A stretch of 64,000 nucleotides of DNA. Origin: Daphnia carinata (lineage: Eukaryota). The notes under the pieces were generated by a model that was not told the DNA's origin, did not search any database, and saw only the letters and a program-made list of their open reading frames with translations. Positions 49,271 to 64,000 of the stretch are shown piece by piece (position 1 is the first letter of the stretch; each line of letters starts with the position of its first letter). The DNA lies in NCBI RefSeq assembly GCF_022539665.2, contig NC_081331.1, positions 9,238,001 to 9,302,000 on the forward strand, given 5' to 3'. Both the position numbers and the translations under genes were made by a program.

Positions 49271-50556
49271 TTTTGGGAAATAAAATATTCCTGTAAGAAA
49301 TTTAACAGTATGTGCTGTACGGACTAGTTTTCACCTGACGATTTCGAACCATATTTGTCTAGTTTGAAAATCTTTGGGGGAGAGGTTCCTGGTATTTTGG
49401 AATCGGAATAACTGCTAAGTCCCCTGGCTAGTGATCCGAATTCGATTCTCCGGAGTTCTGGCTCCTCCCGCTGATAGCGTTCGCGCACTGCTGAGGGGTT
49501 GCGACTACGATCCTCTGAACCGCTACGTTCACGATTCAGCGAACTGCTGCGGTGCTCCAAGTCCCGCTCCATGCTCCCTCTCCCTTCCTGTTGGATAGCT
49601 ACGTAGGTTGCGACGACGAAGAGTAGCTGACCACAAGCCAGAATCTGAACAAGACAACATGTTGTCACTTTGAAAGCTGGATAAGGTCTGAAGGGGCGTT
49701 AGTTTCTACGGCGTGATGTTACCTTTTCTTTCTTTCTTTTGTACTTTGGAAAATCATCTGAAACACATGGGCAACACCGCATAGATCCAGGTCAAGCCAC
49801 TTGTGCAACAATTTCTATTTCATCGCAGGTTGCTAAAACGTATTCATGTTGAAAAATAATTACCAATTCTTATCGTACCCATCGTTTTAGGGACCGCTAA
49901 TACGAAGTCAATTCATTTCATTAGAGACTTTGCTTTTTCTCAACTGGTATACATCTTTGTGCTGTAATTGTCGCATATTTTTTTATCCAAAATGTGAATT
50001 TTGGGGAGCTCTTAGTGTTACAAAATTTATGTACTGAAATTATTTCATAACAGCAGCTATGGTACACGCTGAGGTTGCAATGCATAGGCAAAAAATTTGA
50101 CAAAAAGTCCCGATCGTAACAGTGTCCCAGTTTCACCTAAAATTACAAATTACATTTAGAATTAGATTTCAAGTTTTATATTGTATATTTTTTAATGATG
50201 TACACTTCCCAACATTTATCAATTGCCATTTTTCCATGGTTTTCTAGAATTAAAATTTTCATTGGAAAAACTTTATCTCCAGGTGTTTTAAATCGATTTT
50301 ATGTAAAAAAAAAAAAATGCTTCTGTAACTGGAAGGGATAAAGGGGAAATTTCAAAACAAATTATACTACACAAAAAATTACAATTTGAACCCTTAAAAT
50401 AATTATTTATTTTTCAATGCGAAACGTCCTTTCGATTCACATTGTTACGTTAGCAATTTTATTCTGCAATATAGCTGGAATGCAATGGCAATCATCACTT
50501 ACGAACAGAAGGTAACCGAATAAGACGTTATCAGGAGAGTTACGAGAACGAGGGCT

Positions 50557-53500
50557 TCACGTTTTCATTAGGTGATCAATCTGCAAAAACAAATCGACTT
50601 TGGTATTTGGGTCAAAACATCTTTTTTTATGTTGCATTTTTACTTGGGCTTTGTACATCTCCTTGACATCAACCAAATCTAACCGCAGTTCTTCGTTTTC
50701 TTCAATTTTTTCTCCATACATCTAAGAACAAGAAAAAAATTATATCGATATTATCAATTGTCGACGTCAGAACTGTTGTCGCCAGGAGCATTTATTTTGC
50801 GTCCTTAGGCTGTTCCAAGTTGATCAGTTACATTAATAGGTAACTTTAAAACAAAAATTCAACAAATCTTCTGGACCCTAGCATAAATTTTCAGTATGTA
50901 ACGTTCAACATCCCCTACAACTGTTTTCCCATAGTTTTAGTTCATACAAGCTCTTTACCTGTAATAAGGCATTGTATTTTGTTTTCAGGTCTTCGTACTC
51001 TTGATGAAGCGTTTCCAATAGGCTCAGACGGCGACCTAGCTCCTGGTTCGAGTTGATCATTTCCGTTAGTTCTTTTGCAAGCGAATCTCGAGATTTCTCT
51101 TGGCTTTGTAGCTCTTGCTGCAATTGAGTTACTTCCCCTAGATCGCCGCAAAACAGATTAGTATCACATAATAGTTGAAAAATACATTCATACTAAACTA
51201 TACCGTCACGTGTTTTCAACTGCGCTTGCAAACTTTCAAACACCGCAGTGTAAGAGCCCGCTCGCATAGTATCATACAATGTTGATTTTGGCACAGGAGT
51301 GACCACTCCGCCGTCAAATAACTCGTCCTTCAACAATTAAAGTTCATTATTCATAACATTTGAAAAAGGCAAAGGCGAAAAACTATACCGCAGGGTTCCA
51401 CGGATTACTGGAATGCGATTCAGTAAACGAACCAGATAACGACAGCTTCCCTAAACTTGGAGTGGGACTACTGCTTCGAGATACCACGTCTGTCGTTGAA
51501 GTTAATTTTCTGCCAATACTACCAGGATTCTGCAAATCTGCCGGGAAAACTCGGTATTCCAATTCTTTTTCCTGCAATCGAATCTTTCGAAGCAAATGTA
51601 TGCAAGTTCAGGCAAAATTAATTATGAATTTGTTTCATTAAATATAAGTTCACTATTTACCAGAAGATGTGATGTTTTCTTCCTTTCTTCCTCTAAAGCT
51701 ATGGTCTGCTTTTCATAATCGTTTTCTAAAACTGCTATCTTGTTTCGTAATAATGTAAGTTCTTCGACAAGCTGATTCTTCATCACCTCCATACTGACAT
51801 TATCTCTATATAAAAAAAAAAACGAAAAATATTATTATGATCAGAAGAAAAAGGGATAATGTAAAAAAAAAAAAAAATTGTAAAGAAAGTAGTCAAACGG
51901 TATCAATGATTATGAACAGCCAATATAAAAAAACAAACAATTTATTTACTTTTTTCTTGCCTGCTCCAGACTGAGACAATGGTTTTTCTCGTATTGCAGT
52001 TCAAGTAATAATTTTTGGTTCTCTTCTTTGGCGCCTTTGCACTTTTCTGCCAAATCGTTTATCTGATCTTGCATCGCGATATATGTCTCATTATCAGCAG
52101 TTCCCTTCTGACTAGCTGAAAGAAGTTGGCTTTCTAGAAGAGCTATTTGGGGGAAGAAGGTAGATTACGCGAACGAAATAGTTTGCTTTGTTAGTTTCTT
52201 CATTTTCTTTTATGACTTCATATATTGTTATAATGCCTTACCAAGTTTCTCCTGAAATATTTTTTCCGATTTCTCCTCTGCCAAGCGTTGGGAAGATAAA
52301 GCATGTTGCAGAGAATCAATTTGTCGCAGTAAAGGCCTCGTTGCAGTTGTTAAGGCCTTTTCGTACATCAAAACAGATTTAAAATTTATAAATAAATAAA
52401 AATAAATATATAAAAATATAAACTAACTGATCTAATATGAACTGGAAAACGAATGACGGTACCTGAGACAGTTCATCGCTACGTGATTCAGCTTCTTGTA
52501 GTCTGTGCATTAACCGTGAAACCTCGGCCTGTATCCGCTCCCGTTCTCTGCAGAAACCAATAAAATAATTATGTTGCTTGTTTTAAGATTTTTTTTTAAG
52601 GTGATATATACCTTGATCGATCGCAATCGACCTCAGCAAGGGAGTGAACGAGTTCTTGGCAACGCATGGTGAGCGCTTGTTTTTCTTCCTCAAACATGCG
52701 ACTAGAAGTTTCATATTCTAGCTGCAGACTTTGACGAAGGGCTACTTCAGCGCTAAGACTGCGCTCAGTTTCAGCAGAATTTTGTATAGCAGCCACGGCT
52801 CTTTCTTCGATCAGTTTTTGTTCGACCTCAGCCAAGGCAGCTTTCAGAGAATCAACTTCCGCCAGCTTTTCGCGCATCATTACTTTGTTAGCAAGAAGCT
52901 CCTTTTCCAATTGACTGTGAACAATTGTAGATTGTCTAACCTGCATCATTCGTGGTCAATAAAAAAACAGTCTGCATTTGTAGTACGAAGGGCATGTTAA
53001 CTTACAGCTTCTATTTGGTTCTTCTCAAGTTCTTCCTTGGCTGACAAATTTCTATTCAGACGTTCAACTTCATTTTTTAAATCTTCATTTTGATCTCTGT
53101 AGAATTTGAAATACTAGATCAGTATGCAGTTCAAACGCTAACAGAGGTGAATGAAATGTAGTTACTTTAACTGCTTGCAACGAATTTCGTCTTCCTTTTC
53201 TTGGGCTCGCAATTTCTTAATAATATTCGATTGCTGGAGATGTTGTTTAGATAACTTTTCGCCTTCAAGCCTTAATTGCTGAATTGTTTCGTTCTTTTCG
53301 TTTAGATCGTCTGTTAAGTTGGTGTATGTCTCATGATTTATTTGAACTTTTTCGAGTTTCTTGACTAGTGATTCTCGTTCAGCTAGCACTTGTTGATAAC
53401 GTTTTTCAATTGAAGACAACCGTATAGCGAACTCGTCTGTTTGTCGGCGAATGGTTTCATTTAGTGTAATTCGTTCTTTTTCACCGTTAGCCAATTGCGA

Positions 53501-54953
53501 TTTGGTCCGTTCAACTTCATCTGACAACGCATAAAATTTCCTTTGAAACTCCTGCAGTTGATTATCTCTAGCCTGTAATGTTGTTCAACAAAAAAAAAAA
53601 TAATGGGAAAATGATGAATGCGAAAAAATTTTTTTTTAGAAATTAACTCACCTCGATTATCTGATTTAAATGAATAAGATTGCATTTTTCATTGTGGGGT
53701 TCCAAATCTTGCCCCACGGAAGTCACGCTATCATCACTAGAACCTGCGGACGGCTTCCGACTATGAGTTTTTGACTCGTTGCTTCTCGAACGCATTGGCG
53801 GCAGGATTTGCCTTATGCCCGCTTGGGGACTTGCCACGATTTCAATGTCTGATGAAGCAGTTGTTTCAATTTCGTCTCCCGAGACGGATGCCGAAGTTTC
53901 TGTTTTCATCGAATCTTTCATCGCTTCTAAAGGAAATCTTTAAAAGGTTTTAATCCTTTCGCATTGAAAACTTCTGACGACTTGGAACCAACCTGATAGC
54001 ACTGCTGACACTGGTCTGGTTTCTATAACGTGGTGATTAGAAATTTCTTCTCTTGCATCGCTTTTGGTATCACTCCGCCAATCCATGTCGATAGAATCAT
54101 TTTCGGGGCTGATGACAGTAACAGAACTTGACACTGACACGGTAGAGCTATGGTAGCTTTCCGTTACGTTCCAATCTTCTAAACTATCGGTCGCTAGCAC
54201 GTGATCAGGCTGGATCAGTATGAAATGTGAACATTCGTTAATATTCATGAGAGTTTTGTAAAAGCAAAATGCAAGACGTTGAATGATAAGCATCATATGA
54301 TTTGTTGGTATAATTAGTATGCTGAATGAATTATCTCAATAGTTAATTTTTTTTTCATTGTGCATGTATTTGAATTTCTTACCAAGTTGGAATTTTGCTT
54401 CCCGAAGTCCTCAGCCAAAGTGGATGATCCACCAATATCACCAAAATCTTTGGTTGCAGTTAAGGAATTTGGAGAAAGTGTTGGTTGAAGTACACTGGAC
54501 TCCACAGCATGAAAAATTACTGCTTGAGAACCATGATAACCATTAATATAGCTATCTCAGCTGAGAATGTTTAACACATTCAGTGATTTAATAATAATAT
54601 CAATTACATTGTTTATTTGTTTCAGCTTCAGTGCTTGAGTTGGGTTCAGCAACAACAACATTTTCCGTCACTATTATGGTTTCATCAGGTGGATCATTTC
54701 CCTCTTTCACCAGGTTAAAGGATTCAAGAAAGTGTCCAAGAATTTCTTTGATGAGGATTGGAAATTAGCTTGTTATTTAATTTCATTCATTACAGATTTC
54801 TATCAAAATACCATTATCAATCGGTTCGTTTGATTGTTGGTGGTTGGATGCATCTGAATCTCTTATATCTAGGGCTTTGTCAATGGTTTTTTGAGCTTCT
54901 TTCAACGCACTTTTTGCAAGGTTCGCAATGCTAGCAGTATTAAGCCAGCTCAT
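50557..54953 (-). CDS. TMF1: TATA element modulatory factor (golgin TMF1)
   Basis: N-terminus MSWLNTASIANLAKSALKEAQKTIDKALDI; ETTASSDIEIVASP; QLRLEGEKLSKQHLQQSNIIKKLRAQEKE; RPLLRQI; C-terminal KYNALLQ|MYGEKIEENEELRLDLVDVKEMYKAQ|IDHLMKT*. Confidence 0.93.
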
Positions 54954-55995
54954 TCTTTTTTTCCTCTTCTATGATGGCCACGTCAGCAAAATCTCCCTAT
55001 TCTGTAAACGATGCGCAAATATTTGTAAATTAAGAATAACGTCTCATAAAAAGGTACTTGTTGTGACTAACATGTTGGAAAGTTTTGGAATCACTTGTTT
55101 CATGGCAAAAAGAAACACTAGAATACAATTCACTTCACCATTAAAACAACCATAACAAATAACAAATGAAAATACAAATTTCTAGCAGACAAGTGTTGGT
55201 ACACAATAGCTATTGCAGTTAACTCTAGCCAACTATTACCATGGCCTGCTTAACTCATGGGGGGTCTTAGGGCCATACCCAAGCGGATGAACTTTTTCTG
55301 GCTACGAGCTAGAACACCTAGCGTTTACCTACAGAAATACTCTTTGGGCCCAAAACAAAAAGTTCAAAACACACGTACATTCAAAATCAATATGAAATTT
55401 TGCAAATAGCTATATACGTATATTTGATCCTGTTTGAACGTACACAAATCCAATTCTGCTTGCTTATTTTTTGGGGGTTTTGGGTAACATTGTGTACTTT
55501 TTATGACACGAAAGGGAATAGGGAAAAATCGAAAGGTATGATTGGATATTCGAACTTCCGATGTAGAAAATTGCTGCCAACCATGTTTATACTGGTTTAT
55601 GTTGGTTCTGATATTGATTTTTCTTCGTATTAAAAAAAAAATTGATACAATGGGAATTCTATCACCAGGTCGCGCCACTTTCTGGCCAGAAAGAATGGCT
55701 AGAAGTTTCAATAATTGGAGAATATGGAGCCTGACGATTGGCCAGAAATTTAGCAGGCCGTATTGTCCTTACTTTCCAAAGCTTTTTCAAATTATATCGA
55801 CTTAATATATTTATTGAAATTATATATTGGCATATGAAAATTTAAAAAAATAATAATTGTAAAGTAATTTTTGTTTCGTTATAACAGCATCTTTAAATGC
55901 TTTTCTAATTTGTATTCTAGGCAACATCCTAGTAAATACCAAATCCGATGTTGCCGTTACACTGTGTTTCATTCGAGAGAAATCGTTGAATAGAG

Positions 55996-56007
55996 TTTCT
56001 TCTCTTC
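55996..56007 (+). promoter_or_regulatory. Polypyrimidine TCT/5'TOP-type initiator of RpL18
   Basis: TTTCTTCTCTTC about 25 nt upstream of the RpL18 ATG, as is typical of ribosomal protein genes. Confidence 0.5.
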
Positions 56008-56031
56008 GTTGGGCCCTATTGGTAAAGAAAC

Positions 56032-56843
56032 ATGGTAAGGAGCTCGGTTCATCGGTTATTATCTTTCCCATCTTATGTTCTCCGTTAATATATTGCAAGC
56101 AATTGATCTGTATGTACTGTTGGACGATTTTACCAAAAAGTGATTGTTGTGTTCTATTATCAGGGTATCGACATCAACCACAAACATGACCGTAAAGTCG
56201 TTCGACGTGAACCCAGGTCTGAAGATGTCTATGTTCGACTTTTGGTGAAGGTACGTAATTCTAAGTTCCAGAAAATGTCGAAAGAGTTGCTGCTAATGTG
56301 TGTCATTTATAGTTGTACAGGTTTTTGGCTAGACGAACTAAGGCCAAGTTCAATCGTATTATTCTGAAACGATTGTTCATGTCTAAAATCAACCGACCCC
56401 CTCTGTCAGTGTCGCGTTTGTCCAGGCACATGAAGAAAGCTGGAAGGGAAGGAAAGATTGCTGTTGTTGTTGGAACCTTGACAGATGATCCCAGGATCTT
56501 CAAAATCCCAAAGCTCACAGTACATTCTTTTCCATTTATGTGTGGCATCTAACTTAAATCTCCTTATTTCTAGGTTTGTGCATTACGTGCAACTGAGAGA
56601 GCTAGAGCCCGTATCCTGAAAGCCGGTGGCCATGTCTTGACTTTTGACCAGTTGGCTTTGAGAGCACCAACAGGCAAAAACACTGTTCTGATTCAAGGAA
56701 AACGTAAAGCTAGGGAAGCCAACAAACACTTCGGACCTGCTCCAGGTGTTCCTGGATCACATACCAAGCCATTGGTTCGTTCTAAGGGACGAAAATTCGA
56801 ACGTGCTCGTGGTCGCAGGTCATCTTGTGGTTACAAAAAGTAA
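56032..56843 (+). CDS. RpL18: 60S ribosomal protein L18 (eL18)
   Basis: ATG|gtaagg micro first coding exon, then [50 protein letters not shown]..|[26 protein letters not shown]. Confidence 0.98.
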
Positions 56844-57552
56844 AATCACGCTACTTCTTAAGGTTTTTGTATTGGTTATCAAAAATTAATACAATCTTGT
56901 AACCTATTGACGGGAGATTTAGCGTTATCATTTCGAACATTGCGTTGTATTTCAATGATGGATGAACACTTACATGCCACTTCATCAAGTGGGAAAATAA
57001 TACACGTTACACGACAGGAGACCGTAAGTCTGCTATTTAACAGGTTGGGTTAAGAAAAGTAACGTGAAGTGTAATGGGTCAATAACTTGTCAAAACACGA
57101 GGCGACTTATAAAACTGAAGACTACAACTCGAGTGGTTCTGCATACAGCGGTTGTCTGAAATCATCTACACAGCACAAGTCGTGTAAGCAGCGTCCTTGG
57201 GATTTCATTCCTAACTGCTGCGGTGATACGAGATAAATATATCGCAAGTATATTAAGGAGAAATTCAGGCGAAACGAGTAAACACTACATTGCTTTAAAT
57301 CGACAATTACAAAGAAGTCCTTTATATCGGAGCTGAACTTTCAGTTTACTACGATGAAGAATCCAGAGAAACGAAGTGAAGGTATCGTCCAGCACTCAAT
57401 AAAAAGAAAAAGACATGGATGCGATAGCAAGAAAGTTGCATGTTCTCTTTCCCAGCCATAATGCATCGATTACTTGAATATGGGAGATGCCCACCAACAT
57501 TAGACGCGTTTGTTATATCTTACTGACATATGCAACCAAAAGTTTTGCTTGT

Positions 57553-60152
<2,600 letters not shown>

Positions 60153-62006
60153 CACAAGCGAGTCTTGTGTGTATACACACGCGTCACAAACAAGTTACAC
60201 AACCACCAATACGGCGATAATATATACCGCTTCTTGTGTCTAACAACGACGAAAAACAAATCTCAAAGAAAAAAGGGCTGCGACATTAAAAATTTCCGGG
60301 CAAATTAGAGAATTGCTTGACAAAAAGCACGGAACTGCAAAAAAAAACAAACTTATTATAAAGCTCAAAAAGAAGGAGGAAGGGGAGCTTGACGCTCGTA
60401 GCGCCATCTGGACGCGAAACGAATGAATTGCTGCGACTAAAATTCATTTTTAAAAATCCTTTTTCTAAAAACACAGGTAAGAATTTCCTAAAGAAATCTA
60501 TGGAAAATAGCATTTCTTGTGATTTTGATGCACTTTGTACTATTACAACTTTTCAGTAATATTGGTTTGTTATGAAAAGGTTATTTGTCCTCAAAATCAA
60601 CAATTTGTCTCATAGATCTAAACTGCTTTTACACGAGAACGGTTTTACACTTTTCTTGTTTACATTACGAGTGAAACGCATTGGTAAAAGGTTGGGATTT
60701 ACGTGCGGGATAAAAATAAGAGAACATGATCGCGCCAGAGTACCTAGCCGAATCTTTAACTAGCAAAAAATAAATTGTGAACAGCCAGCAAAAGCCATGA
60801 AGGACGAAATAACTTGTCAACAATGAGAAATCTAAGAGCGTGAACCACAAAAATCACCACAGTGAAAAATATTTTTTTACGAATTTCCATATTGTGAAAA
60901 ATATAACAATACATGACTGTCTTTTCTAAGTCAATTTTGTGCCAAAAGACATAAACTTGCTCTGTTTGTCCACAGTTGGTTCAAGATGTCCATTAAACGT
61001 TCCGAAATTCCTTCGAGAAGTCCGTACCCGTTAAGATAGGAAAAAAACGGGAAAAAAAACGTTTAGAAGGATATTAATATTATAAAGGATGTACCATTAT
61101 ATATTATGAAAAAAAGAAACTATGGCTCGAAATTTATTATTTTTGGAAACCATCTATCGCATTTTGTGTACTTTTCACTCGCAGTGCCTGTGCTATCTTT
61201 CAGAATTTCGATCTGATAGCTACATTACACCACTTGTTCCATTCACCGCTAGGCGCAGCATAGCTTTGACAGATAGTTTTTGAAATAGCCAAGCGAGATA
61301 ACTTTTTTAATAGCACGTTAGTTTAGTGGTTTAATTCTGGAACTTGAACCGTAACTTGATTTCGTTCGTTTGTTATCATTAGTAATTCTAAAATTCTTTA
61401 TAAAAACAATTTTAAAACACAATTGATATGGAACAGAATCTATTTATGATGAAATAAACAAAACAAAAACAAAACCAATTTTGAACCAAATTTTGACTCT
61501 AAAACATGGATGACGTTTTCCCGTGTTTTGCTCCTCTGAAACTGAACGACTTATTTAAGGATACAATGCCCCGTAAAGGTAATCGTGTCATTGCCGCGAA
61601 AACGAAAACAACCATCACCTTCTTCTTCTATCGCCCTCTTACAACAGTTGTAAATATGGTAGAGAATGCTGGCCAGCACTTTTAACGAATATAAAGTGGT
61701 ATAACGTTATTCCTTTGCTCATGCAAACAAACTTGCCGGAAGAAGACAATTAGAATAGAAAGTAAATGGCATAATGTAACTCGCGACAATGAACAACTCC
61801 GTGTGCGGGTTCACCATTCAATTCCGTCGGAGTACAACACGGAAAAAACGTCGTTACATGTTTTAGGATTTTTACGTCCCAAATAGATATGAATATTCCA
61901 CTGACAGAACAGTGATGCCAAGAATAAAACGAAAATCATTCACTTTCGCTAAACAACGGAAATAAATTCAAGTTACATATCTGCAAAGTTGAATTCAACT
62001 ACGTAG

Positions 62007-62998
62007 CTAGGGAAGCGAATGTAGTTTAAAGTCTATTTCTGTCCATCCTTCGAACAATGGCTCTGCTGCAAACGCGTAATCTTTCTTTGCTGACTCTGCG
62101 AGACGTTGACACTCCCTTTCCTGCTTCTCCTTTTCTAATCCAGCGAGAAGCTATTACTCACTGCCACCTGTGCCAGAGTGTTATATATTTCCTCATCGTT
62201 CAAATTCTCGTCGTCCTTCTCCGTTAAGTCGTGATTTGGGTACACGGGGCAAAGAATATTGAATAACAAGTCGTTCATAGCGCTTCGAGGTGGTTGAGTT
62301 AGCCAGGGTGGATCATCCCGATATCGAGGATTGAAACGCACATATCCCTGTTCTACAAATGGCGGCTTCAGATACAGGCTCTTGCGTCGGAGGTGGTACG
62401 TACGAGACAGGCGGCCAGCAAGGTAGTGGGGGTACAAAAATTTGCAGGCGGTGGTCGGCCTCAATAAGCGTCGATGTCAAAATTACAGAATCTTCTTACA
62501 TTGGGTCGTAACGGACATAAGAGGCAGATTCCTACACGTTGGGCACGTCGATGATCCCCTCACTGTTTAGGTCATTTTCGTAACGAGCTTGTGGTGGAGG
62601 TGGTACATACGAAAGAGTTGGCCTGTAAGGCGGTGGAGGTACAAAGTCTGGACGTGGTAGTCGGTTCCAATAAGCGTCGATGCCTGAATTACCGTCTCCT
62701 TGTGGCATTGGGCCGTAACGGACATAAGAGCCTGATTCGTCGTCCGATTCCACCACATTCCGCCCATCGAGCGTAACATACTTGTTCACCTGGCTTTCCG
62801 GACGACCTGGTGGTGGAGTTGTTGGAACGTACAGGGTCTTACCATCGGGTGGTAAAGGTGGTAAAGATTTAAGCTGGGACTCAAAGTCGGGTGCCATTGG
62901 TGCTCTGACGATGCTTGGGTTTTCGTAACTAAACTTTCTTCTAGTTCAAATCCGATAACCAGTGTTGCCCATGAAACAATTTCAGAAGAGGACTTCAT
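62007..62998 (-). pseudogene. Disrupted intronless Pro/Tyr-rich gene with an internal ~207-nt tandem duplication; unknown family
   Basis: Three consecutive same-strand ORFs (62998-62786, 62897-62532, 62464-62135) plus a tail in another frame (LEKEKQERECQRLAESAKK..). The repeat SYVRYGPM..GIDAYW recurs as SYVRYDPM*..IDAY with stop codons. Confidence 0.5.
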
Positions 62999-64000
62999 TT
63001 TGAATAGATATTTTCTTACTTTCGAAGAGTCGTAGAAAAAACTTTGAATTTTTCACCGTTTTTTCCTTTGCTTATAAGGAAACCAAGCAAGAACCACCAG
63101 CTAAGTGTTTCAAATTTAGTGTGATTTTATTTAATTTTCAAATTTTCAGTCAAACATAATCATGTTTAGTTCTGCCTTTCCGCAAGCTTAGTTCAAAACA
63201 ATATTTAATTTGTATAATTTTCGGCATTCCTCGTGAAATAATGATAAGAATGACGACCAGCTGGACGGGACAATATAGCTTGCACGTACACAATTTCATC
63301 CTTGTTAAACGCCATCTAGCGGTATTCTAACACCGCTACGTACAAGTTTCTATTGCGCTTAATGTAACAAAAGTTTTCCAACGATTCAAACTGTTTTCTG
63401 TTCTATGTTAAATGAAAAAAAAAGTTTGTAATTTTCAATGTGATGGTGCCCATTTCAGAAACAACCACAGAGTAGTATTTACAACTGCGTCGGCCCGTGC
63501 GCAACTGAAACATTGGGCCTTTAACACGATTTCTCATTTCTCTTTGTTGTTCTGGGCACCATTTCCTTCGTTACGCATGAAATCGAGTTTAGTTTTATTC
63601 ATATTCGAAAATCAAATGATTCTATTGGAGGCATTGACTGAAAGAGTTTCTTTCATGGCTATACTATGGCAAGTTTTTAGTGCCATACCATGGTGTACAA
63701 TAAGGATGGTGAAAGAACTCTTCGTTATAACGGCCTATCTCGGCTGAAGGCTAATAGGGGTCTAGGTTAGATATTGTCAGAGACGCCTAGTGGCCGATAT
63801 TGAAGTAAAAGGTAAAGGCTGCACCTGCTTGAAAAATTTTCTAAGTCCAAACAAGGGGACGTGTCCCATTATCCCATTACCTCTTAGCTATCAAATTACC
63901 GTTATAACTTTTCTTTTATTATATTATCGTATTTGACATTTAGTTTGTTTAGAATAAATTTAATGATCAATTCTTTTGTTTAAAAGTAGCCCGTTGTAAT

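Noticed and set aside
56035..56163. Intronic snoRNA in RpL18 intron 1
   Set aside because: No convincing C box (RUGAUGA) and D box (CUGA) pair or H/ACA architecture could be found by eye.

Overview
Eukaryotic, gene-dense, AT-rich DNA with very short (mostly about 55-80 nt) GT-AG introns. Gene content and intron style point to an arthropod, most likely a Daphnia-like crustacean (inference). The conserved multi-exon genes are shifted/WIF1 with COQ7 nested antisense in one intron, an atypical receptor guanylyl cyclase, PIP4P/TMEM55, a quick-to-court-like GRIP protein, a hikaru genki-like CCP/Ig protein, Sec6/EXOC3, UAP1/mummy, TMF1, RpL18 and FoxK. Three accessory zones interrupt them. (i) 1-4.7 kb: a >=594-codon uninterrupted ORF (hydrophobic N-terminus plus coiled coil) missed by the ORF track, and a deleted, frameshifted TAO-kinase pseudogene. 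(ii) 44.4-49.7 kb: a hAT-type MITE with a TA-targeting MITE inserted in its target-site duplication, an intronless highly divergent bestrophin-like ORF lacking the acidic Ca2+ clasp, a decayed paralog of the 1-1.8 kb gene, and a BEL/Pao integrase relic. (iii) 62-63 kb: a disrupted Pro-rich repeat gene. All homology calls were made by eye from remembered family motifs; no searches were run, and exon boundaries are manual predictions.
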